Position numbers and translations under genes: made by a program
Source of the DNA: Squalus acanthias
Lineage: Eukaryota
DNA: 64,000 nucleotides
Direction of reading: 5' to 3'
Assembly: GCA_030390025.1 (NCBI GenBank)
Contig: CM059452.1
Location: 8,184,001 to 8,248,000 of the forward strand
Notes under the pieces: generated by a model
What the model was told of the DNA's origin: nothing
What the model saw: the letters and a program-made list of their open reading frames with translations, nothing else
Databases searched by the model: none
In this document: one piece after another, positions 37,691-50,300 of the stretch
Layout: every line of letters starts with the position of its first letter
Numbering within the stretch: position 1 is the first letter of the stretch

Positions 37691-39337
37691 GTCGGATCCT
37701 ATCGATTTGTGTAAAGTGACTGTCGGCAGATCGAGGCCGAGAGAGGCTCCTGGAGAAGGCAGCGCTGTTGTGTATCAATCTGGGCCCGACACCAAGACAC
37801 TGTGCCCGTTACACACGGGTCTCTGGGACTCAAAAAGTGAACCTGTGAGGTAAGCTCCGGGCTCAGCATTGATGGGGATTGGCGGAGCGGTACAGCTCAT
37901 GCGTCAGAGCATAGGCGCGTCATCCTGAAGCAAATGAGAACAGAGAGAGCACAAATAGTGAACAATGTTCTGAGATCAGCTCAAAGAGGACCACTTAAAC
38001 CCGACCACCAGGTGGCGCTGACAGGCAGCTGCTTCCCACGGCCGGTCACGTTGCATCAACCAATACAGACTGACATTCTTTTAAATATAAATTAACAAGA
38101 AATTCCTTTTTTCCTTTATATATTCACTGACAGTGTCACAATTTCACGCATTACTTGACTGTAAATGAGCTTGTCACCTCCAGTTGACAGTTTTGAATTA
38201 AATACCTTTCTCATTAATAATTACAATTCGGAATTTGTTGGACTTTTGTTATATTATCCAACATCTGTTGCCACCCCCATAGTTTAATCCCAGCTCAGCG
38301 ATGAAGATGCTTGTAGCTGCTTTAATAACTGCAAATCCTTTCGCGAGCCTGGGGGTAACACAGTTCTTATAGAGAAGCGGAGTTACATAGTTCCCAAAGG
38401 GTACATTATTATTGATGTAATTTCCTCACACATGTATTGTCTGTGTGTTGTACGGCTGAATGCTGCAATTAAACAAACGGCGTCAACAGATATTAAATCC
38501 GTTTGACCCTGTCAAAGTGAACATTCCTTGTAAAGTGACCCCAGATCCTGGCGAGTATTCCATGTGTTCTTCACCGCATTCCCTGCACATGTGGGCCCTT
38601 TACACTCCCAGCACCCTTTTAAATTCACACTTAGCTATTTCAACACTACTCATGAGGTATGTATGTTCTTCATTGTCCCTTCTCATGGACAATACTTCAC
38701 ACTTTTTCTAGATTAAATTTAATCGACCATAATCGTCTGTATTTTTCTCTCTCTCGGTGGGTGAATCCATTCAACGGGACCGCTAATGTTCAGTTCTCCC
38801 TTGTATTCGGTAGCCCCGGGTACCTTATCAATTAATCTGTCTGACAAACTGCTCTCCCCAGTCATCCCACCAGAAAAGGAGGCCTCCATCCCCATTGTCG
38901 AGGCTGCATTTGAACACAGAGTCCCAGAGGGTGAAAGGTTGGCTTCGGAGTCATTGCAAGGACCCGATTTCCCCCACCAGAGTGAACAGACACCAATCGC
39001 TTTTGACGTTTACAAAGTCCAACCAGCCTGAATATCGGCTGTGTCGGTGAGAAACACGTCAGCCGTCTGATAATTGGATGCTGAGGAACAAAGATATAAG
39101 AGGCGGCCGCCTTTGCCAGTCGCTGACAAATTAAAAAATCGGTTATCGAATTGATTAGTGATACAGACGGATTTTCAGACAATCGATATCGCGGGAATTT
39201 CAGAACCAATATCCTGAAATACGATGCATCGACTTGGGACCGACACCTTTTTATTGTCATGTGACTATTCTGAATGAAGAAGATTGATTGTAAAATAAAC
39301 CTATTGAGCGTGTTGCCAGTTTGTCTTGTATTAGCAG

Positions 39338-39780
39338 GGGTCCGTGGTGAGGAGGGGATTTCCCAAACCGAGCAGGTGACGGCGGTGGAGGGACAATCGG
39401 TTCAAATCCGGTGCGATGCGACCACCAGGAGCAGCGATAGGATTTTGTGGTACCGGCAATTACCGGGCCGGGCACCGGAATTCCCAATCTCCGCCTATCA
39501 GGGTAATGCAACCGACGGAGCGGAGGGTTCGATTTCATTTTCGGTGTGCGGGAAACATAGAAACATAGAAGATAGGAGCAGGAGTAGGCCATTCGGCCCC
39601 TCTAGCCTGCTCCGCCATTCAATGCGATCATGGCTGATCATCCAAATTCAGAACCCTGTCCCTACTTTCTCCCCATATCCCTTGATCCCTTTAGCCTTAA
39701 ACCGCGGCTCCAGACTCCGGGGTGTATTACTGTTAAAGACGCACATTGGGGCAAACGGTGAGACATCCTGTACAATAAGT
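39338..39780 (+). pseudogene. TCR V pseudogene disrupted by a CR1 3'-end insertion (~39553-39700)
   Basis: EGISQTEQVTAVEGQSVQIRC...WYRQLPGRAPEF, insertion, then DSGVYYC*; RSS CACATTG-23-ACAATAAGT. Confidence 0.82.
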
Positions 39781-40790
39781 CTCGTCTATCTCAGTCATCG
39801 AGATCAGCACTTTTAACCTCACCATCTTGGGTCTCCCTTTAGAAAACAAACATTCAGAATTGCAGTATTGCCATTTAGTGTCACCTGACAAAGATCTACA
39901 GGGTTAAAGAAAGGGTTAATGGTGTCGCCACTTTAAGTGGACGCACTTGTAGGAATCCCTGAGGGACTGGGTTACCCAGCAACCGGGATTTCACTGGGAT
40001 ACATCAATATGGTGGTGTCATATTATTAAATACTCACTTAGGAAGCTACACACAGTCGTCAGGACAACTAGGGATGGTCAATAAATGCCGGCCTTGCCAG
40101 CGACGCCGACATCCAGAGAATGAATTAAAAAAAACTTTATATAATATTTTATGGCGTTTTCAGTTTTATTATTTTGTGTCACTTCAAATGAAATAAATGA
40201 AAATGGAAGTTACTGCAATATTTAGCTCCGTGGTGGTTTAATTTCTCCCTGCAGTAAACATCCTGTTCACAGTAAAGTAAATAGGAACAAAATACAAGTA
40301 ATTCAGAGAGTGAATACTTAGTTTGACCAATTCGACAAATACGCATTTACCCGAAGCCACCACCAGGTGGCGCGCCTGTCTGTCAGGAGCTTTCACATTG
40401 ACATAGGACTTAAAGGACAATCAAAAATTTCCGTTTCTGTTTGGCTTATACAACGAAAGCATCGAGACCAAAGGCAGGACGGACGTCACGGTAACTATAA
40501 AGAGGACGGAGAAGAGAAGGAAATATGAGGTAAATATTCATTTAAAGGAGTAAAGAAGGAGAAAGATTTAGGGGTTCAGATACAGAAAGTTTGGAAGAAG
40601 CTGATGATGCTGTAAAATTCTATGATTCTAAGACCACGATGACCATTTGAGATAGAAATACGACACAGATCAAATCTTCCTGAACAATTTAATCTGTCGT
40701 TACACACAGCGACCAGTGGAATTCCTTCCCAGTGACGATTCAAGGGGTCTCTGGTTTGAGAGACAGCCAATGCCCGAGTGGGACTGTGAA

Positions 40791-40829
40791 TGACGTCAGG
40801 TGACAACATCCCATAATAGGCCGATTGGT
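40791..40829 (+). promoter_or_regulatory. Candidate V promoter: CRE (TGACGTCA) plus inverted CCAAT ~160-190 bp upstream of the leader ATG
   Basis: TGACGTCA 40791-40798, GATTGG ~40824; same combination upstream of the V at 59837. Confidence 0.55.
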
Positions 40830-40984
40830 GAGAATGTCGCCCATCAGTCCCACACTGTACGGAGTGAAAGTGAAGCTCTCCCCTCTCCTCCCTCTCCCAA
40901 CCATTGAAAGTCCGGGACTCGGCAGCAAGGTCTAGTCTGGAAATCAGACCCTGATTGATCCGCCTTTTGTCCATCTTCATCGTC

Positions 40985-41451
40985 ATGAACAGGAACCTCG
41001 GCAAAGACCTGTTTCCAGTTGGAGCCCTGGTGCTGTTGATGTTGTGTGAGTTCATTTATCAGCTCAGACGCCTTGTTTCATTCATCTCTTAATAGCTTGT
41101 GGTTGTTGAGTGAGTTTGTTTTGTTCACAGCCGTTCGGTGTGAGGATCGGATCTCACCCGCTGAGCAGGTGGTGTCTCGGGAAGGGGAACGGGCTGAACT
41201 GGACTGCCGGCTCTCCGTTGGTACTGAGGATACGGTAGCCTGGTACAGACAAGCACTGGCGGGGGCGCCGACATTTATCGGCTCCATATACCAGGGAAAT
41301 GAGACTACAGGACGCTACAAACTGTCTTTTGACCGAGTGAAGAAGTCTAACACCATCTCTATAGACGGCACCTCGGCCAGAGACGCCGGAGTGTATCACT
41401 GTGCGGTGGGGCCACAGTGAGGCAAAGAGCGGCTCCAGCTGCACAATATCC
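40985..41451 (+). CDS. TCR alpha-type V segment, apparently intact (leader 40985-41045, V exon 41131-41412, RSS 41413-41451)
   Basis: Leader ...VGALVLLML|gtgagt; EDRISPAEQVVSREGERAELDC...WYRQ...DAGVYHCAVG; CACAGTG-23-ACAATATCC. Confidence 0.88.
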
Positions 41452-41672
41452 TGTTTGCTGCCGAGTATCCGCTGCACCCTTAAGCTTTCCTCAAATCAAG
41501 TACTTTAGAAATGCGGGTGACAATCAGAAATGTTAGTTTCCCGTGTTTAAAATTCCATCTGGATAAAGTTACAACATCTTATAGTTATAACTACAGATAC
41601 AGTGAATCCAAACATATTAACTAAGATTTTCTATGTTTGGTTGTACAACATACAGAGTAAATAGATGGACAG

Positions 41673-42118
41673 NNNNNNNNNNNNNNNNNNNNNNNNNNNN
41701 NNNNNNNNNNNNNNNNNNNNNNNNNNNNNNNNNNNNNNNNNNNNNNNNNNNNNNNNNNNNNNNNNNNNNNNNNNNNNNNNNNNNNNNNNNNNNNNNNNNN
41801 NNNNNNNNNNNNNNNNNNNNNNNNNNNNNNNNNNNNNNNNNNNNNNNNNNNNNNNNNNNNNNNNNNNNNNNNNNNNNNNNNNNNNNNNNNNNNNNNNNNN
41901 NNNNNNNNNNNNNNNNNNNNNNNNNNNNNNNNNNNNNNNNNNNNNNNNNNNNNNNNNNNNNNNNNNNNNNNNNNNNNNNNNNNNNNNNNNNNNNNNNNNN
42001 NNNNNNNNNNNNNNNNNNNNNNNNNNNNNNNNNNNNNNNNNNNNNNNNNNNNNNNNNNNNNNNNNNNNNNNNNNNNNNNNNNNNNNNNNNNNNNNNNNNN
42101 NNNNNNNNNNNNNNNNNN
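41673..42118. other. Assembly gap (N run) at a GATA/GACA microsatellite
   Basis: Run of N with tetranucleotide repeats at 42119-42215. Confidence 0.98.
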
Positions 42119-42300
42119 ATAGATGGACAGATAAATAGATAGATAGACAGAGAGACAGACAGACAGAGAGACAGTCAGAGAGACATTCAGAGAGACAGAC
42201 AGATAGATAGATAGAGTCTATCATTCTGTCTGTATCCACTCAATTTGTTACATTCTCCTTGCATGTATCATTATGTTAATTCTTGTTCTTGGTTTGGCAG

Positions 42301-42620
42301 TTGCTCCTTGTCACTCGGAGACATTCCAAATATCGGTTTATCGGGGAACCGAAGCACAAACCATTTCGCTTCATCACAAAGCTACTTTCGCTTCAAATGA
42401 TTTCTTATTCTGGTACCGGCAGTGCTGCAATCAAGCTCTCGAGTATCTCAGCTCCACATTCAGGGAAGAAAGATTTGGGGGCAGGTTTAAAGTTTCTGTG
42501 GACCGTGAGAAAGACTCCACCACTCTCACCGTTAACACGGCTCGCCTGTCAGATGCCGCGCTGTATTACAGTGCGGCGAGACACGGTGAACCAAAGAGGT
42601 GAGGAGCCTGGACAAGAACT
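42301..42620 (+). pseudogene. TCR V ORF/pseudogene lacking both canonical cysteines
   Basis: ISLHHK...FWYRQCC...DAALYYSAAR; RSS CACGGTG-23-ACAAGAACT; leader not seen (possibly in the gap). Confidence 0.8.
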
Positions 42621-42842
42621 CACTCATCCCGGGGACCGAGGAGACTCGCAGCCCACGGCTTTCAGAAGCGAGTGCGATAAAAGTAGAATCAGTAACAAGG
42701 TAATTAAAAAGACTAAATGCATCATCAGAGCCATTTAATCGAATAAGAATATGATTTATTGGTTATTTGGAAATACAATTCATTTTTTTCAGATATTTAC
42801 CCATAATCGGCCCTGATCGTGACGGAACTTCTAGATTATCTC

Positions 42843-43545
42843 ACCCGTGCTGTATGTGCCCTGGGAGTGCTTGATCGGACAGCGTAGAGGGAGCTTTACT
42901 CTGTATCTAACCCGTGCTGTACCTGCCCTGGGCGTGGTTGATGGGACAATGTAGAGGGAGCTTTACTCTGTATCTAACCCGTGCTGTACCTGCCCTGGGA
43001 GTGTTTGATGGGACAGTGTAGAGGGAGGTTTACTCTGTATCTAACCCGTGCTGTACCTGCCCTGGGAGTGCTTGATCGGACAGTGTAGAGGGAGCGTTAC
43101 TCTGTATCTAACCCGTGCTGTACCTGCCCTGGGAGTGTTTGATTGGACAGTGTAGAGGGACCTTTACTCTGTATCTAACCCGTGCTGTACCTACCCTGGG
43201 TGTGCTTGATGGGACAGTGTAGAGGGAGCTTTACTCTGTATCTAACCCGTGCTGTACCTGCCCTGGGCGTGTTTGATGGGACAGTGTAGAGGGAGCTTTA
43301 CTCTGTATCTAACCCGTGCTGTACCTGCCCTGGGAGTGTTTGATGGGACAGTGTAGAGGGAGCTTTACTCTGTATCTAACCCGTGCTGTACCTGTCCTGG
43401 GAGTGTTTGATGGGACAGTGTAGAGGGAGCTTTACTCTGTATCTAACCCGTGCTGTACCTGTCCTGGGAGTGTTTGATGGGACAGTGTAGAGGGAGCTTT
43501 ACATTGTATGTAACCTAAGTTGTTCCTGACTGGGAGTGTTTGATG
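42843..43545. repeat. 67-bp satellite, ~10 copies
   Basis: Same unit as 29195-29772. Confidence 0.92.
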
Positions 43546-44029
43546 CGCAATATTTCTAAAAATGACCTTTATGAGGAATATATATAGTTTTGATTCAACA
43601 ATCAGATGAATACTCGGCAGCAATATAAGAATCACCGTTGTTTCATGGAGTTACTAAATTGTGCTTGATCTCCATATTGGATGGTTAGAAATGTAAAAAA
43701 AACTTCAATTTTTACGAAATTAGCAATCTAAAATTATCAATTGTGGAATTATTAACGTGAAGTCTATCCAGATTTGTAAATGAACAGGTATTGTGTTAGT
43801 GACTTGGACATACAAGAAAAATGACACAAAAAATCTCATAATTAATATCAAATAGCAACGATAGCAAAAGCAAAATCAATAAATGGCAGCAGTTAAAGTA
43901 ATAATAACAAAATAATAACAATAATAAACTGGAATAATAATAATCCAGATTATTCACACAGCAGTATTCGTTAATAAATTGAAAATCAATGTTTCACAGA
44001 CAGGATTTCAGTTACCCCCTCACGCCCCT

Positions 44030-44181
44030 GGATGGCGCTACAGCACCAATTCTTTACCCAACACTGACAGAGCCGTCTGTATAACGGTTTCAAAGGTGAC
44101 AGCTGGAGGTTCCAGGAAATACTTCTGTGTCTTAACACCGCACACAGCGGAGTATTTAGTGCAAGAGCCAAAACATAAAAT
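44030..44181 (+). pseudogene. Relic V 3' end with 23-RSS
   Basis: ITVSKVTAGGSRKYFCVLT then CACAGCG-23-ACATAAAAT. Confidence 0.55.
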
Positions 44182-44374
44182 GCAGGTGCTACGGCACGGG
44201 ATACTGACAGCGAACTTTCGGTGTCATTGTATTTCATGGTCTAAAGTCACTGTGAGGACCGATGAGGGAGGTTAACAATACCTTAATTCAAAATGTTTCC
44301 TCAGAGTGTAATAAAAAAAGAGAGAGTTGTGTCGATCATAAATTGGATCAGCATCAGTTATTACTGCACTTGCA

Positions 44375-47300
44375 CATGTTTCTGTTTATATTACATTAGA
44401 CCCTGTCTCTGTTTATATTACACGAGAAACTGTCTCTGTTTATATTACACTAGGGTCTGTCTCTATTTATATTACACTAGACCCTGTCTCTGTTTATATT
44501 GCAATGGACCCTGTCTCTGTTTATATTGCACTGGACGTGGTCTCTCTTTAGATTACACTAGCCCCTGCCTCTGTTTATATTGCACTAGACCCGGTCTCTG
44601 TTTAGATTACACTAGCCCCTGTCTCTGTTTATATTACACTAGGCCCTGTCTCTGTTTATATTACACTAGGCCCTGTCTCTGTTTATATTACACTAGACCC
44701 TGCCTCTGTTTATATTGCACTAGACCCGGTCTCTGTTTAGATTACACTAGCCCCTGTCTCTGTTTATATTACACTAGGCCCTGTCTCTGTTTATATTACA
44801 CTAGACCCTGCCTCTGTTTATATTGCACTAGACCCTGTCTCTGTTTATATTACACTAGACCCTGTCTCTGTTTATATTACACTAGACCCTGCCTCTGTTT
44901 ATATTGCACTAGACCCGGTCTCTGTTTAGATTACACTAGACCCTGTCTCTGTTTATATTGCAATGGACCCTGTCTCTGTTTATATTGCACTGGACGTGGT
45001 CTCTCTTTAGATTACACTAGCCCCTGCCTCTGTTTATACTGCACTAGACCCGGTCTCTGTTTAGATTACACTAGCCCCTGTCTCTGTTTATATTACACTA
45101 GGCCCTGTCTCTGTTTATATTACACTAGGCCCTGTCTCTGTTTATATTATACTAGACCCTGCCTCTGTTTATATTGCACTAGACCCGGTCTCTGTTTATA
45201 TTACACTAGACCCTGTCTCTGTTTATATTACACTAACCCCTGTCTTTGTTTATATGATACTAGCCTCTGTCTCTGTTTATATTACACTAGGACGTGTCTC
45301 TGTTTATACTACTCCAGACCCTGTCTCTGTTTATATAACACTAGACCCTGTCTCTTTTTATATTACACTAGCCCCTGTCTGTGTTTATACTACACTAGAC
45401 CCTGTCTCTGTTTATATCACACTAGGTCCTGTCCCTGTTTAAATTACACTAGCCCCTGTCTCTGTTTATATCACACAAGACCCTATCTCTGTTTATATTA
45501 CACTAAACCCTATCTCTGTTTATATTACACTAGGCCCTGTCACTGTTTATATTACACTAGGCATTGTCCTTGTTTATATTACACTAACCCCTGTCTTTGT
45601 TTATATTATACTAGGCCCTGTCTCTGTTTGTATTACACGAGGACCTGTCTCTGTTTATATTACACTAGGCCCTGTCTCTGTTTATATTACACTGGGACCT
45701 GTTTCTGTTTATATTACACTTGACCCAGTCTCTGTTTCTATTAAACTAGACCCTGTCTCTGTTTATAATACACTAGACTCTGTCTCTGTTTATATTACAC
45801 TAGGCCCTGTCCCTGTTATTACTGCACTAGAGCCTGTCTCTGTTTATATTACTCGAGACCCTGTATCTGTTTATATTACACTAGACCCTGTCTCTGTTTA
45901 TATTGCACTACGCCCTGTCTCTGTTTATATTACACTAGTCCCTGTCTCTGTTTATATTACACTAGGCACTGTCACTGTTTATATTACACTAGGAAGCTGT
46001 CTCTGTTTATATTACACTAGACCCTGTCTCTGTTTATATTACACTAGATCCTGTCTCTGTTTATATTACACTAGACCCTGTCTCTGTTTATATTACACTA
46101 GTTCCTGTCTCTGTTTATATTACACTAGACACTGTCTCTGTTTATATTACACTAGTCCCTGTCTCTGTTTATATTACACTAGGTACCCTGTCGCTGTTTA
46201 TATAACACTAGGCATTCTCTATGTTTATATTACACTAGGACGCTGTCTCTGTTTATATTACGCTAGATCCTGTCTCTGTTCATATTACACTAGACCCAGT
46301 CTCTTTTATTACTGCACTATACCCTGTCTCTGTTTATATTACACTAGACCCTGTCTCTGTTTATATTACACTAGACCCTGTCTCTGTTTATATTACACTG
46401 GATGCTGCCTCTGATCATGTTACGCTAGCCCCTGCCTCTGTTTATATTACAATAGGCCCTGTCTCTGTTTACATTACACTAGGCCCTGTCGCTGTTTATG
46501 TTACTTTGGGCCCTGTTTCTGTTTATATTACACTAGATCCTGTCTCTGTTTATATTACACTGGACGCTGTCTCTGATTATGTTACACCAGCCCCTGCCTC
46601 TGTTTATATTACACCAGGCCCTGTCTCTGTTTATATTACACTAGTCCCTGTCTCTGTTTATATTACACTTTGATGTACACTAGGCACGGTCTCTGTTATT
46701 ACTGCTCTAGACTTTGTCTCTGTTTATATTACACAAGACCCTGTCTCTGTTTATATTACACTAGACCCTGTCTCTGTTTATATTACTCTAGGCCCTGTCT
46801 CTGTTTACATTACACTAGTCCCTGTCTCTGTTTATATTAAACTAGGCCCTGTCCCTGTTATTACTGCACTAGAGCTTGTCTCTGTTCACATTACACTAGA
46901 CCCTGTCTCTGTTTATATTACACTAGGCCCTGTCCCTTTTATTACTGCACTAGAGCTTATCTCTGTTTACATTACACTAGAACCTCTCTCTGTTTATATT
47001 ACATTAGACCCTATCTCTGTTATTAATGCAGTAGACCCTGTCTCTGTTTATATTACCTAAATCCATTCTCTGTATATATTACACTGGACGCTGTCTCTGA
47101 TTATGTTACACTTGCCCCTGCCTCTGTTTATATTACACTAGGCCCTGTCTCTGTTTATATTCCACTAGGCCCTGTCTCTGTTTATATTCCACTAGGCCCT
47201 GTCTCTGTTTATGTTACACTCAGCACTGTCTGTGTTTATATTACAGTAGATCCTGTCTCTGTTTATATTACACTAGGCCCTGTCCCTGTTATTACTTCAC

Positions 47301-50300
47301 TAGAGCTTGGCTCTGTTTACATTGCAATAGACCCTGTCTCTGTTTATATTACACTAGACCCTGTCTCTGTTATTACTGCACGCACTAGACCCTGTCTCTG
47401 TTTATATAACATTAGACCGTGTCTCTGTTTATATTACACTGGACCCTGTCTCTGTTTATATTACTCTAGTCCCTGTCTCTGTTTATATTAAACTAGGCCC
47501 TGTCCCTGTTATTACTGCTCTAGAGCTTGTCTCTGTTTATATTACACTAGACCCTGTCTCTGTTTATATTACACTAGACCCTGTCTCTGTTTATATTCCA
47601 CTGGATGCTGCCTCTGATCATGTTACGCTAGCCCCTGCCTCTGTTTATATTACAATAGGCCCTGTCTCTGTTTACATTACACTAGGCCCTGTCGCTGTTT
47701 ATATTACTCTAGTCCCTGTCTCTGTTTATATTAAACTAGGCCCTGTCCCTGTTATTACTGCTCTAGAGCTTGTCTCTGTTTGCATTACACTGGACCCTGT
47801 CTCTGTTTATATTACACTAGACCCTGTCTCTGTTTATATTACACTAGACCCTGTCTCTGTTTATATTACACTGGATGCTGCCTCTGATCATGTTACGCTA
47901 GCCCCTGCCTCTGTTTATATTACAATAGGCCCTGTCTCTGTTTACATAACACTAGGCCCTGTCGCTGTTTATGTTACTTTGGGCCCTGTTTCTGTTTATA
48001 TTACACTAGATCCTGTCTCTGTTTATATTACACTGGACGCTGTCTCTGATTATGTTACACCAGCCCCTGCCTCTGTTTATATTACACCAGGCCCTGTCTC
48101 TGTTTATATTACACTAGTCCCTGTCTCTGTTTATATTACACTTTGATGTACACTAGGCACGGTCTCTGTTATTACTGCTCTAGACCCTGTCTCTGTTTAT
48201 ATTACACAAGACCCTGTCTCTGTTTATATTACACTAGACCCTGTCTCTGTTTATATTACTCTAGGCCCTGTCTCTGTTTACATTACACTAGTCCCTGTCT
48301 CTGTTTATAATAAACTAGGCCCTGTCCCTGTTATTACTGCACTAGAGCTTGTCTCTGTTCACATTACACTAGACCCTGTCTCTGTTTATATTACACTAGG
48401 CCCTGTCCCTTTTATTACTGCACTAGAGCTTATCTCTGTTTACATTACACTAGAACCTCTCTCTGTTTATATTACATTAGACCCTATCTCTGTTATTAAT
48501 GCAGTAGACCCTGTCTCTGTTTATATTACCTAAATCCATTCTCTGTATATATTACACTGGACGCTGTCTCTGATTATGTTACACTTGCCCCTGCCTCTGT
48601 TTATATTACACTAGGCCCTGTCTCTGTTTATATTCCACTAGGCCCTGTCTCTGTTTATATTCCACTAGGCCCTGTCTCTGTTTATGTTACACTCAGCACT
48701 GTCTGTGTTTATATTACAGTAGATCCTGTCTCTGTTTATATTACACTAGGCCCTGTCCCTGTTATTACTTCACTAGAGCTTGGCTCTGTTTACATTACAA
48801 TAGACCCTGTCTCTGTTTATATTACACTAGGCCCTGTCGCTGTTTATGTTACTTTGGGCCCTGTTTCTGTTTATATTACACTAGATCCTGTCTCTGTTTA
48901 TATTACACTGGACGCTGTCTCTGATTATGTTACACCAGCCCCTGCCTCTGTTTATATTACACCAGGCCCTGTCTCTGTTTATATTACACTAGTCCCTGTC
49001 TCTGTTTATATTACACTTTGATGTACACTAGGCACGGTCTCTGTTATTACTGCTCTAGACCCTGTCTCTGTTTATATTACTCTAGGCCCTGTCTCTGTTT
49101 ACATTACACTAGTCCCTGTCTCTGTTTACATTACACTAGTCCCTGTCTCTGTTTATATTAAACTAGGCCCTGTCCCTGTTATTACTGCACTAGAGCTTGT
49201 CTCTGTTCACATTACACTAGACCCTGTCTCTGTTTATATTACACTAGGCCCTGTCCCTTTTATTACTGCACTAGAGCTTATCTCTGTTTACATTACACTA
49301 GAACCTCTCTCTGTTTATATAACATTAGACCCTATCTCTGTTATTAATGCAGTAGACCCTGTCTCTGTTTATATTACACTAAATCCATTCTCTGTATATA
49401 TTACACTAGACGCTGTCTCTGATTATGTTACACTTGCCCCTTCCTCTGTTTATATTACACTAGGCCCTGTCTCTGTTTATATTCCACTAGGCCCTGTCTC
49501 TGTTTATGTTACACTCAGCACTGTCTGTGTTTATATTACAGTAGATCCTGTCTCTGTTTATATTACACTAGACCCTGTCTCTGTTATTACTGCACTAGAC
49601 CCTGTCTCTGTTTATATTGCACTAGACCCTGTCTCTGTTTAGATTACACCCGACCCTGTCTCTGTTTATATTACTCTCGGCCGTGTCTGTCTTTATATTA
49701 AAATCGGCCCTGTCCCTGTTATTACTGCACTAGAGCTTGTCTCTGTTTATATTACAGTAGACCATGTCTCTGTTTATATTACACTGGACCATGTCTCCGT
49801 TTATATTACACTAGACGCTGTCTCTGTTTATATTACACTGGACCCTGTCTCTGTTTATATTACACTGGACGCTGTCTCTGATTATGTTACACTAAACCCT
49901 GTCTCTGTTTATGTTACACTAGGCCCTGTCCCTGTTATTACTGCACTAGAGCTTGTCTCTGTTCACATTAAACTAGACCCTATCTCTGTTTATATTACAC
50001 TGGACCCTGTCTCTGTTTATATTACACTAGATCCTGTCTCTGTTTATATTACACTGGACCCTGTCTCTGTTTATATTACTCTAGTCCCTGTCTCTGTTTA
50101 TATTAAACTAGGCCCTGTCCCTGTTATTACTGCTCTAGAGCTTGTCTCTGTTTGCATTACACTGGACCCTGTCTCTGTTTATATTACACTAGACCCTGTC
50201 TCTGTTTATATTACACTAGACCCTGTCTCTGTTTATATTACACTGGATGCTGCCTCTGATCATGTTATGCTAGCCCCTGCCTCTGTTTATATTACAATAG

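Noticed and set aside
38301-38360. Leader-like ATG...gtaac (MKMLVAALITANPFASL)
   Set aside because: Weak signal peptide and ~1 kb from the next V exon; cannot be assigned.
41631-42239. ORFs spanning poly-X
   Set aside because: Artefact of the N gap.
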